This document shows, piece after piece, positions 8,794 to 16,667 of a stretch of DNA of 64,000 nucleotides. Every line of letters begins with the position of its first letter. The stretch's first letter is position 1. The translations under genes were made by a program, and so were the position numbers. The stretch is taken from assembly GCA_002432945.1 (NCBI GenBank), contig DJHE01000019.1, positions 35,301 to 99,300 on the forward strand, written 5' to 3'. This DNA comes from Synergistaceae bacterium UBA5827 (GTDB taxonomy: Bacteria; Synergistota; Synergistia; Synergistales; 79-D21). Below the pieces are notes generated by a model. The model saw nothing but the letters and a program-made list of their open reading frames with translations, was not told where the DNA came from and made no database searches.

Positions 8794-8997
8794 CTAGCGT
8801 TTCTCCTCCGGTTCTTCCACGAATTCTTCCTCGCTGAGAAGCTGGTCGTGATTTGCGTCACCGGCAAGGAAAAGGGGACAGGCGTAGCGAAAGTTGCCGT
8901 CGTCGGGAAAGGCCTCCACCAATATCATCTTCCGGCCGCACCAGCACTGCAGGGTCATCTCGGGTGAACTGAGCTCCTCGTGGTTTTTCTCTTCCAT
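8794..8997 (-). CDS. small acidic Cys-containing hypothetical protein (67 aa)
   Basis: ORF directly downstream of the PHP gene on the same strand. Start chosen at the ATG preceded by GGGGGGTGA. Contains CWCG...C and an acidic tail. No family recognised. Confidence 0.4.
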   Translation of the reverse strand: MEEKNHEELSSPEMTLQCWCGRKMILVEAFPDDGNFRYACPLFLAGDANHDQLLSEEEFVEEPEEKR

Positions 8998-9032
8998 GCC
9001 GGTCACCCCCCCTTGTCCCATATTTTATCACT

Positions 9033-9818
9033 TCATTGTGCTAGATGGCCTTTGTCCAGAAAAGATTTCTCTCCCCATGGGTCAAACACTCCTCTTCCTG
9101 CCTCGCCGCGAAGCGCAAGCTTCAACTCTGAAAAACTGGGCGTTGCTACCCGGAAAACCGTAGAGCAAAGGCACTCCATCTGGTCCAGGGAATGGGCATC
9201 GGAGTTTCTCAACAGGGGAAAATTCGTGTATTTGGAACGGAATGGCTGCGCCTTCCCCGGAGTGATCCGGCAGGTCAATTCAAGAGCGTCAACCGGGTAG
9301 TCGATCGGGATGGGACCCAGAATCGCCGGGTAGGAAAAGGCTTCCCTGTCGATGTGGCTGAGAAAGCAGATTCCCTCTCTTCGCCTGGCTTCGCGCACGA
9401 TGGCGTCGATCCCGTGACGGGCCCCCTGGACAAGGAGGATCGGCTCCTCTCCAAGGATCTGGTTCTCGTGATCGATCAGGATCTGGGGACCGAAAAGCTC
9501 CGGCCGGTTCTGGATTTTTGGAAAACCCTCCCAAAGCCAGGCCTCGAAATCCAGCGCTTCTTCCGGCGTCCCGAAAAGAGTGACGGCATGGATGTCTTCC
9601 GCGCTCTGGACCTCTATCCCCGCCAGCACGAGCAAGCTTTTCCCCTCAGACGCTTTCTGGACCGCCATGGCATTCCTGGCCGTGTTGTGGTCCGTCACCG
9701 CCAGGACATCGATCCCCAGGTCGAGGGCACGCGAAACAATGTCCGGCGCTCCCATGTCGAGCCCGCCGCATGGGGAAAGCACGGTATGAAGATGAAGGTC
9801 CGCCCGGACCAGGCGCAT
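9033..9818 (-). CDS. PHP-domain metal-dependent phosphoesterase
   Basis: N-terminal ADLHLHTVLSPCG and VLAVTDHNT are PHP motifs. The start lies 4 nt after the stop of the upstream DRTGG gene. Confidence 0.85.
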   Translation of the reverse strand: MRLVRADLHLHTVLSPCGGLDMGAPDIVSRALDLGIDVLAVTDHNTARNAMAVQKASEGKSLLVLAGIEVQSAEDIHAVTLFGTPEEALDFEAWLWEGFPKIQNRPELFGPQILIDHENQILGEEPILLVQGARHGIDAIVREARRREGICFLSHIDREAFSYPAILGPIPIDYPVDALELTCRITPGKAQPFRSKYTNFPLLRNSDAHSLDQMECLCSTVFRVATPSFSELKLALRGEAGRGVFDPWGEKSFLDKGHLAQ

Positions 9819-9822
9819 TGGG

Positions 9823-10158
9823 CTAGCCTTTCAATCCCAAGTCGTGAAGGGCCCCGCAGATTTCGAAAGGCGATCCTGCGGCAGTGGCCAGGGCGATGTT
9901 CTCCTTTTTGCAGCGATCCAGCAACTCAGGATCCGGTGTTCTCCCCGATGCCAGGATAACGAGGGGAATCTCCTTGAGAACCGCCACGGCAGCCAGGTTG
10001 ACATGGGTCTGGAGGGTCACCCAGGCCGCTCCTTCCGGAGCGCCCCCCATGACAAAGCTCAGAAGGTCACCCACGACCCCGCGGGAAACGGAGCGATTCC
10101 CGTCCCCGCCGTTATGGACATCAAGCTTGAGGCTTTCGATCAGGGACAAGACCGTCAT
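9823..10158 (-). CDS. DRTGG-domain protein (111 aa)
   Basis: The VVGDLLSFVM...LQTHVNLAAVAVLKEIPLVILASGRTP layout is typical of DRTGG. ATGA overlap with the upstream gene's stop at 10155-10158. The ORF-track start at 10326 is an extension. Confidence 0.75.
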   Translation of the reverse strand: MTVLSLIESLKLDVHNGGDGNRSVSRGVVGDLLSFVMGGAPEGAAWVTLQTHVNLAAVAVLKEIPLVILASGRTPDPELLDRCKKENIALATAAGSPFEICGALHDLGLKG

Positions 10159-11468
10159 TTCGCGTGCTTCCTTTCGTGAAAGGCATGCGGCAGCTTGCCG
10201 CTCAGGGCGGTGATCTCCTCCCCAAGGACGGAGATACGTTCCCGCAGCTTGAAGACACAATCGGTGATTTCCCCTTCGCCCCGGACCACGTCTTCGGCGA
10301 GGGCCCTGCACGAAGGACGCCCGCAAGCTCCGCAGTCGATGTGGGGGAGCTCGGCGTATACCGCCTGCATCGTTTTCAGTTTCTTCATCGCCTCGTCAAG
10401 GGTGTCTGCCAGGGAAGGTCGAGGCCGGGGCTGGATAGGCTGTTCGAGTTTCCAGATTCCGGTCTCGTAAAGATCAGCCAAATCGGCTTTTTCTCTCTCA
10501 GTGGCAACCCACTCGATTGGCTGTCTTGAGAGTCTCAGTTCCGACAGGAAGCGGGACTCCGCGTTCCCTATCCCGCCTATGCAACCAAGGTCGCAAACCC
10601 GGCATTCCACGAAATCGACACCTTTCAATCGCCCCAGCTCCAGGTCCTGCAGGAGGTCGATCGTGTTCCTGAGTCCCGAAACGGCCATTGTCGTGATGTT
10701 CTTCTTCGAGAAGGCCTTGATGTGGCGGCTTTCTCCACCCCTCAGGGCCCAGGCCAGCCAACGGCTTCCAACCGGGTCCAAGGCCGCGCCATCCACTTTT
10801 GGGCCAGCAGCCAAAAGATCCCTCGCCAGGCGCTTGACTGAGACGACATGGCCCATGGTGCTTTTTTCCCTTCCCACCGGTCCTCTGACCAGCATGACCT
10901 TGGCACTGCAAGGCGTCACGAGGATCACGCCTTCATCCGAACCGGTTTCCTTGCGCCAAAGGAGAGTCCCCGTTTCCAGGGGAGTTTCTGTCTCCACGAG
11001 GCGGTGGAGCAACTCGGGAAACCGGACCTGGATCAACCTGACCACCGCAGGGCAATAGATGGAAATGAGAGGCAGGCTTTCCTTGGAAGCTTCTTCGATC
11101 TGCCTGGCCGTGGCGAAGGCCGCGAGGTCAAAAGCCCTGGCCGTCTCGTCGAAAAGGTCCTTTATGCCCAGTGAGGCCAGCGCCTTCCTGACGAGACCCG
11201 GGGTCCAGTAATGGGAAAATTGGGCGCAGAAGGTGGGATCGGCCATAAGGGTGGCCGGTCCGTGGCTCCGGATCAGATCCCAGTCGTCCTCGTCGAGGGC
11301 AAGTGCTTTCTCCCTGCAGCTCCTAAGACATTCCCCGCAGTCTATGCACAGGTCGGACAGGATCCTCACCTTGCCGTCAACCACCCTGAGGGCCTCGGTC
11401 GGGCAGGACTTGATGCAGTTCACGCAACCCTTGCAACTGCCTTCGATGATCTTGATCCCCGTTTCCAT
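10155..11468 (-). CDS. [FeFe]-hydrogenase-like Fe-S protein (2x 4Fe-4S ferredoxin motifs + Fe-hydrogenase large-subunit C-terminal-like core + C-terminal CX2CX4CX16C domain)
   Basis: Two ferredoxin motifs: CKGCVNCIKSCP and CIDCGECLRSC. Variant H-cluster motifs: SIYCPA, TPCSAK, CDLGCIGG. C-terminal DCGACGRPSC-x16-C. Start at ATG 11468 is preceded by GGAGG at 7 nt. Confidence 0.8.
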   Translation of the reverse strand: METGIKIIEGSCKGCVNCIKSCPTEALRVVDGKVRILSDLCIDCGECLRSCREKALALDEDDWDLIRSHGPATLMADPTFCAQFSHYWTPGLVRKALASLGIKDLFDETARAFDLAAFATARQIEEASKESLPLISIYCPAVVRLIQVRFPELLHRLVETETPLETGTLLWRKETGSDEGVILVTPCSAKVMLVRGPVGREKSTMGHVVSVKRLARDLLAAGPKVDGAALDPVGSRWLAWALRGGESRHIKAFSKKNITTMAVSGLRNTIDLLQDLELGRLKGVDFVECRVCDLGCIGGIGNAESRFLSELRLSRQPIEWVATEREKADLADLYETGIWKLEQPIQPRPRPSLADTLDEAMKKLKTMQAVYAELPHIDCGACGRPSCRALAEDVVRGEGEITDCVFKLRERISVLGEEITALSGKLPHAFHERKHAK

Positions 11469-11472
11469 CGGC

Positions 11473-11919
11473 CTACCTCCTGTCCCCTGGTCCTTCATGG
11501 AAAAGGATCGTTGCTGTGAGGGTCGTCCCCTTGCCGACTTCCGACTCGATTTCAAGGTTATCGGAATTGCGCTTGATGTTCGGCAGCCCCATTCCCGCTC
11601 CGAACCCCATCTCCCTGACCCTGTCGGGAGCCGTGGAAAAACCCTCCCGCATGGCCAGATGGAGGTCGGGAATCCCGGGTCCCCGGTCCGTGGCCTGGAT
11701 CGTCAGTTTTTCCGGCGTGATAACCGCTCGAAGGGTTCCCCCACCGGAATGGATCACGAGGTTCATCTCCGCCTCGTAAGTGATGACCGAAGCACGCCGC
11801 GATATCGCGGACGGGACTCCCAGCATGATGAGGGTTTCCTTGATCTGGTTGGACGCTTCCCCGGCGGCAAGGAAGTCGTCCCCCCTTACCGTGAATTCGA
11901 CCTCGTAATGACTGTCCAC
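11473..11919 (-). CDS. GHKL (HATPase_c) ATP-binding protein, anti-sigma-factor/Ser-kinase-like, no HisKA domain
   Basis: N box EAEMNLVIH, G1 DRGPGIPD, G2 GFGAGMGLPN. GTG start with GGGAGG 8 nt upstream. 148 aa. Confidence 0.8.
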   Translation of the reverse strand: MDSHYEVEFTVRGDDFLAAGEASNQIKETLIMLGVPSAISRRASVITYEAEMNLVIHSGGGTLRAVITPEKLTIQATDRGPGIPDLHLAMREGFSTAPDRVREMGFGAGMGLPNIKRNSDNLEIESEVGKGTTLTATILFHEGPGDRR

Positions 11920-11922
11920 ACA

Positions 11923-12288
11923 CTATGCCTCCCGGGAGGGGATGATGCACGGGGACAGGCCAGCCTTGTAGAGCAGCCCGCAGGTTTCATACATGCTCAT
12001 GGAAGATACCAAAAGCGGCATCCCAACGTTCTTGGCCAGGGAAACCGCCTCTTCCTGGGGTCTTTTCCCCCTTACGAAGACAACCGCGGGAATATCCATC
12101 ATCTGGGCTGTCCGGACGATCTGCACGTTGGTCAGCCCGGTCAGGAGAAGCGTCCCGGGCCAGGCAAAGGCCAGGACATCGCTCATGAGGTCCGAGGCAT
12201 AGGCGTTCTCGATCTCAACCGTGTCGAGCAGGTTCTCTCCATAAAGGATTTCCGCTCCGATGCAGGATACGATCTCTTTCAGTTTCAA
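11923..12288 (-). CDS. DRTGG-domain protein (121 aa)
   Basis: ASDLMSDVLAF...LLLTGLTNVQIVRTAQMMDIPAVVFVRGKRP is DRTGG-like. TTG start with GGGGAGG 9 nt upstream. First gene of the operon. Confidence 0.75.
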   Translation of the reverse strand: MKLKEIVSCIGAEILYGENLLDTVEIENAYASDLMSDVLAFAWPGTLLLTGLTNVQIVRTAQMMDIPAVVFVRGKRPQEEAVSLAKNVGMPLLVSSMSMYETCGLLYKAGLSPCIIPSREA

Positions 12289-12357
12289 GCAGTTCGACCT
12301 CCCCGGTCAATGCCAGCATGGTGGTTCTCTGTGATAAAAATAACATATTGGCTCCGA

Positions 12358-12371
12358 AACGTCATGACGTT
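12358..12371. promoter_or_regulatory. perfect 14-nt palindrome AACGTCATGACGTT in divergent intergenic region (candidate operator)
   Basis: Read directly from the sequence. It lies between the DRTGG operon start (12288) and the symporter start (12421). Confidence 0.4.
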
Positions 12372-12420
12372 ACACTGTGCCCGGCAGGACGATCTTGAAA
12401 GCGAAAGAGGGGGAAGTGCC

Positions 12421-13788
12421 ATGTTCACCTTCGGGGCTGGCGTCGGGCTTGTTATCCTGGCGTTTGTCATCCTGGGAACTTTCACGGCACGGGGAGTCCG
12501 TAGCGCTTCCGACTATGCCCTGGCAGGCCGGAAAGCCGGTTCCCTGGAGGTCAGCGGGATTCTCCTCGGAGCCTTGGTCGGGGGCGCCAGCACCGTGGGG
12601 ACCGTGGAGATGGCCTATCGTTTTGGCCTCTCCGCGTGGTGGTTTACCCTCGGCGGAGGCATCGGGTGCCTGATCCTGGGCGTTTGGTTTGCCCGCCCTC
12701 TTCGAAGGACGGAGCTTTCAACCATACCGGAACTCCTTGAAAGCCAGTACGGCCCTAAAACCGGCCTTGTTGCCCTGGCCGCATCAACGATTGGAACCTT
12801 TATCTCGGTCGTTGCGCAGTTTCTTGCCGGGCTGGCCATGCTCCAGGGGATCTGGCCCCTTTCCGACACGGCCGCCGCAGCCGGCGTCGCGCTGGCAATC
12901 CTGGGATTCATCCTCCTCGGGGGGGTGAAAAGCTATGGCGCGCTGGGAAAGGCAAAGATCGCCTTTCTCTACCTTGTCCTTGCCATCTGCGCCGGAGTAG
13001 CCGCCGCCGGGGGAGCGACACTGCCTTCCCTATGGGAAGGGCTACCCTCCAACCCATGGTTCAACCTCTTCGGCCGCGGCCTGGGACCTGACCTGAATGC
13101 AGGCCTGTCTCTCGTTGTCGGCGTGATGACGACCCAGATCTACATCCAGGCGATTTTCTCAGCTTCAAGCGAGAGGACGGCTCGCAAGGGAACCCTCCTT
13201 TCTGCGGCACTGATGCCGCCGCTGGGACTCTTGGGCATCTGGGTCGGCCTAGGCATGAGGGTCCAGCAACCGGGACTTGTCGCATCCCAGGTGCTCCCAG
13301 TCTTCATCTCGCAGAATTTTCCGCCCCTGATCGCAGGGTGCCTCTGGAGCGGTATCGCCATAACGATCATCGGAACCGCGGCAGGGCTCTGTTTCGGCAT
13401 CGCCACGAACCTTGCACGGGATCTATCGCCATTTTTCGCCCGGAAAAAACGGACTGATGGGGAACTCCTCTGGCTTAGCCGCACAACCCTGCTGGTGCTT
13501 GTATTCAGCGCAGCAGCCATGGCCCTCCTCGCCCCGGGTTCCCTGATCCTCTCCTGGAGTTACCTCAGCATGGGCCTTCGGGGTGCCGGGACCTTTCTAC
13601 CATTCTCCATCGCCATTCTCGCGCCTGGCCGCCTCAATCCAGGATGGGCTTTCACTTCTTCCCTTGCCGGCCTGGCGATCACGCTGGCCTGGCCCTTGAC
13701 AGGCCTACCCGGGAATCCACTCTTCGCGGGCCTTTCCATTTCTGCCCTCTGCTGTGCCCTCGGCTGGGCAAGAAAAGGGACGGCTTGA
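12421..13788 (+). CDS. sodium:solute symporter (SSS) family transporter
   Basis: 455 aa, polytopic and hydrophobic, with an SSS-like N-terminus (DYALAGRKAGS...GGASTVGTVEMAYRFG). Start at ATG 12421 after AGAGGGGGAAG. The ORF-track start at 11233 is an antisense extension. Confidence 0.8.
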   Translation: MFTFGAGVGLVILAFVILGTFTARGVRSASDYALAGRKAGSLEVSGILLGALVGGASTVGTVEMAYRFGLSAWWFTLGGGIGCLILGVWFARPLRRTELSTIPELLESQYGPKTGLVALAASTIGTFISVVAQFLAGLAMLQGIWPLSDTAAAAGVALAILGFILLGGVKSYGALGKAKIAFLYLVLAICAGVAAAGGATLPSLWEGLPSNPWFNLFGRGLGPDLNAGLSLVVGVMTTQIYIQAIFSASSERTARKGTLLSAALMPPLGLLGIWVGLGMRVQQPGLVASQVLPVFISQNFPPLIAGCLWSGIAITIIGTAAGLCFGIATNLARDLSPFFARKKRTDGELLWLSRTTLLVLVFSAAAMALLAPGSLILSWSYLSMGLRGAGTFLPFSIAILAPGRLNPGWAFTSSLAGLAITLAWPLTGLPGNPLFAGLSISALCCALGWARKGTA

Positions 13789-13801
13789 ATAAAGCCGTCC
13801 C
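13771..13801 (-). terminator. hairpin terminator for the adenosine-kinase/HAD transcript
   Basis: 10-bp stem GGGACGGCTT / AAGCCGTCCC (13777-13801), followed on the minus strand by TTTTCT. It overlaps the stop codon of the convergent symporter gene. Confidence 0.5.
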
Positions 13802-13831
13802 CAAGTTGATACGTGCCTGTTCAAAAGTCTC

Positions 13832-14329
13832 CTAGCGCTTGTAGCCGATGATGCTCCTGAGCAGGCGCTTTCGGGCCGCGACATGGGTATCCTCCTCGAC
13901 GCCCCTTGAAGAAAAACCGTCTACGACTCCCGCTATCCCGCGTCCCTGGCCAGTCTCAAAAATGAGGACCTCCAAGGGATTCGCTGTCGCGGCAAATATC
14001 CCGCAGACCTCCTGGACGCCCTTGATGCGATCCAGCACATTGATCGGGTATCCGTTGCGGATAAGGACGACGAAGGCGTGACCGGCGGAAAGGGCCTGGG
14101 CATTTCTGACGGCAGCGTCTACAAGGTCCGGGGAATTGCCGTCGTGGCGAATGAGACAGGGTTCCGAGGCCTCGCAAAAGGCGATACCGAACTGCAGGCT
14201 GGGTGATGAGGTCACAAGAGCTTCGAAAAGGTCCTCCACGGTCTTGATGAAATGGCTTTGGCCCAGGATGATATTGCACTCTTCGGGGATCTCCATCTTC
14301 ACAACTTGCCATCCCTTGATTTCCGACAT
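13832..14329 (-). CDS. adenosine-specific kinase family protein (PF04008-like)
   Basis: 165 aa. NIILGQSHFIKTVEDL...FCEASEPCLIRHDGN...GHAFVVLIRNGYPINVL matches my recollection of this family. Confidence 0.7.
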   Translation of the reverse strand: MSEIKGWQVVKMEIPEECNIILGQSHFIKTVEDLFEALVTSSPSLQFGIAFCEASEPCLIRHDGNSPDLVDAAVRNAQALSAGHAFVVLIRNGYPINVLDRIKGVQEVCGIFAATANPLEVLIFETGQGRGIAGVVDGFSSRGVEEDTHVAARKRLLRSIIGYKR

Positions 14330-14347
14330 TACAGCACCTCCCTGGTC

Positions 14348-15226
14348 TCAGGCGGGCGATGTTCCCAGATGCAGGGGACACCCTCTCCTGTATGTCAATC
14401 CCGTCCCTGTTGGAAAGGGAACCGAACCAATCTCGTCACCTGATTCCTCGAGGAAGCTGCAGAGCTCAATGAAACCCATGCTGGAAGCTGGCGGCAGGAT
14501 AAGGTGCGCAGATTCGATGACCTCTTTTGGGGCACCCCGGAAAGTGACGGCAAGGTCTGCTTCCCTGAGAAGCCCCACATCGTTCAGGTGATCTCCTGCC
14601 GCAACGATCCGGCCGACCTTAAGTCCCGAATCCTCCAGGAACGCCCTCAATGCTGCCCCCTTTGACACGCCAGGGGGCAGGATGTCGAGAAACCCTTCCC
14701 CCGCCAGGGTCACTTCCACGCGTCCTTTCATAGAGATCTTGATTCGCTTCCCAAGTTCCCGTGCCTCGACGGGGTCACCGTAATAGATGATTCGGTAGGG
14801 GTTGAAGGATAGTTTCGGTGAGGCCAGGTCGGGCCTGACGACCACTCCCAGGCTCCTGAAGAACCTCCGGGTGACTTCGTCGCTTGGCCTGCAGGTGACT
14901 TCCTCATCGCCGTAAGCTTGGACAAGGAGGGAGGATTCCCATCCCATGGAGAGGATTTCGCCGGCCACCCGACTGGAGATCCTCCACTCCCTGAAGGGAG
15001 CTTTCCCTCCCCTTCCGTCCATGATTCGAGCCCCGTCGTAGACAATTGCAGGCAGGTCCGAAGCGATCGCCTCGGCGAAAGGACGCGCGGAAGCCCAGAT
15101 TCGCCCGGTCGCGATCATGAGCCTCCAACCCGCGCGACGAAGGCGGCCGCAGGCCTCGATTACGGGCCCCGGGACGCTGTTTTCTGCGGTGAGTGTCCCA
15201 TCGATATCCGTCACAAGGAGTTTCAT
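14348..15226 (-). CDS. Cof-type HAD-IIB family hydrolase
   Basis: Motif I LLVTDIDGTL and motif IV AAGDHLND. Start at ATG 15226 with GGGGAGG 6 nt upstream. ORF-track start at 15256 has no RBS. Confidence 0.8.
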   Translation of the reverse strand: MKLLVTDIDGTLTAENSVPGPVIEACGRLRRAGWRLMIATGRIWASARPFAEAIASDLPAIVYDGARIMDGRGGKAPFREWRISSRVAGEILSMGWESSLLVQAYGDEEVTCRPSDEVTRRFFRSLGVVVRPDLASPKLSFNPYRIIYYGDPVEARELGKRIKISMKGRVEVTLAGEGFLDILPPGVSKGAALRAFLEDSGLKVGRIVAAGDHLNDVGLLREADLAVTFRGAPKEVIESAHLILPPASSMGFIELCSFLEESGDEIGSVPFPTGTGLTYRRGCPLHLGTSPA

Positions 15227-15322
15227 TTCATGCCTCCCCTTCTCGTGCAGCTTCATTTTACCAGCAGGCCCCTTCCTCGATCAGAACAGGACACTCCCGG
15301 TATCCGGGCAAATAGGGTTTTA

Positions 15323-15331
15323 TGATAGAAT
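15323..15331 (+). promoter_or_regulatory. possible extended -10 promoter (TGATAGAAT) for the LIV transporter operon
   Basis: A TGnTAGAAT element sits about 47 nt upstream of the TTG start at 15378. The -35 is weak. Confidence 0.3.
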
Positions 15332-15377
15332 CGGAACGCGTTGGAAGGTTCCAAATAATCATTGGAGGTGGTTGATT

Positions 15378-16532
15378 TTGAGGAAACTGGGTCTGTTGCT
15401 GGTCGCTTTCGCGCTCGCGTTCGTGTTCGCCGGTTCAGCACTTGCTGCCGACACGATCAAGGTTGGGTACCTGGCCGCCCTGACGGGTGACTGGGCTGCC
15501 TACGGACAGACGGAGTTGAACTCCGCAAAGCTCGCCGTGGACGAGATCAATGCCAAGGGCGGAGTCCTCGGCAAGAAAATCGAACTCGTTCCCTACGATT
15601 TCCGCACTCGCCCGGAGGACGCGGTCAACGCCTTCCGGCGCATGGCCGAGAATGACAAGGTCGTTGCCGTTATCGGCGCCAACGGAAGCGGGATCAACAT
15701 CGCCACTGCTCCCCTTTCAACGAAGTACAAGATCCCCCAGATCGGAACTGTTTCCACGAACCTGAACGTCACGGTGACCCCCGAAGGCAAGCTGAACCCT
15801 TACATGTTCAGGATCTGCTTCACGGATCCCTACCAGGGGCAGGTCATCGCCTTCTTCACCGCCAAGAATCTCAAGAAGATGAAGGCCGCTGTCCTTTACG
15901 ACGTGGGAAGCGACTACTCCCAGGGACTCCGGGATTTCTTCATGCAATCCTACAAGAAGCTTGGCGGAGCCATTGTGGCTGACCAGGGCTTCCGCGCCGG
16001 GACCGACGTCGACTTCCGTGCCCAGCTGACCACTATCCGCGACAGCAAGGCCGACGTCCTCGTCCTCCCCAACATGGGCAAGGAAATGGCCCTGATCATG
16101 AAACAGGCTCGCGAACTGGGAATGAAGGACATCGTTTTCATCGGCGGCGACGGCTACGGCGATTTCATGTGGGAGATCGCAGGTCCTTCCATGGAGGGAA
16201 GCTACTGGATCAATCACGTTGACCCGGCCGACCCTGCAATGAAGCCGTTCTTCGATTCCTACAAGAAGAAATACAACGACGAATGCAAGGAGTTCGTCAA
16301 CGGTGTGCTGGCCTACGATTCCGTCTATTGGCTGGCCGACGCCATCAAGAGGGCCGGAAAAGCTGACAGCACCGCCATCCGCGATGCCCTTGAGAAGACG
16401 AAAGACGTCAAGCTGCATCACGCCGTCATGTCGACCGACCCCAAGACCCACAACCCGATGAACAAGACCGCGGTCGTCCTGATGGCCAAGAACGGAAAGG
16501 CCGTCTACTACACGAAGATCCAGCCCAAGTAG
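15378..16532 (+). CDS. livK: branched-chain amino acid ABC transporter substrate-binding protein
   Basis: Signal peptide (M)RKLGLLLVAFALAFVFAGSALA, then TIKVGYLAALTGDWAAYG and a LivK/Peripla_BP_6-like body. TTG start 9 nt after GGAGG. Confidence 0.88.
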   Translation: MRKLGLLLVAFALAFVFAGSALAADTIKVGYLAALTGDWAAYGQTELNSAKLAVDEINAKGGVLGKKIELVPYDFRTRPEDAVNAFRRMAENDKVVAVIGANGSGINIATAPLSTKYKIPQIGTVSTNLNVTVTPEGKLNPYMFRICFTDPYQGQVIAFFTAKNLKKMKAAVLYDVGSDYSQGLRDFFMQSYKKLGGAIVADQGFRAGTDVDFRAQLTTIRDSKADVLVLPNMGKEMALIMKQARELGMKDIVFIGGDGYGDFMWEIAGPSMEGSYWINHVDPADPAMKPFFDSYKKKYNDECKEFVNGVLAYDSVYWLADAIKRAGKADSTAIRDALEKTKDVKLHHAVMSTDPKTHNPMNKTAVVLMAKNGKAVYYTKIQPK

Positions 16533-16554
16533 ACCCCAGGAAAACCGGTCTCGG

Positions 16555-16586
16555 CAAGGCGGGCGCGGAAGTCCGCGTCCGCCTTG
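16555..16586 (+). other. intercistronic GC-rich hairpin between livK and livH
   Basis: 14-bp stem CAAGGCGGGCGCGG / CCGCGTCCGCCTTG with an AAGT loop. There is no T-run, so it is more likely an mRNA-stability or partial-termination element than a full terminator. Confidence 0.5.
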
Positions 16587-16667
16587 CATTTACAGTAGCT
16601 GGGAGCCATACAGCAGGTGTATGCCAGGCATGCGTTGCATCCCTAAAGCAAGAGAGGTGTTGGCCAC

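Noticed and set aside
9033-9818. The PHP-domain protein as the missing histidinol-phosphate phosphatase of the his pathway
   Set aside because: It is tempting because hisB is monofunctional. However, the gene is translationally embedded in the DRTGG/hydrogenase-like operon 4.6 kb away on the other strand. I cannot distinguish HisJ/K-type PHP from other PHP esterases without a profile search.
11233-12420. N-terminal 396 codons of the 851-aa ORF-track entry 11233-13788
   Set aside because: This part is antisense to the GHKL and DRTGG genes and is not hydrophobic. The transporter sequence begins at ATG 12421 behind an SD. The same trimming logic was applied to 16850-17560 (inside livH), 15117-15377, 1470-1697, 2192-2314 and 4779-5078.
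15300-15350. Short palindromes CCCGGTATCCGGG and AACGCGTT upstream of livK, possibly related to the AACGTCATGACGTT site
   Set aside because: They share only the AACG/CGTT ends and have different spacing. They are short enough to occur by chance, and I cannot support a common motif.
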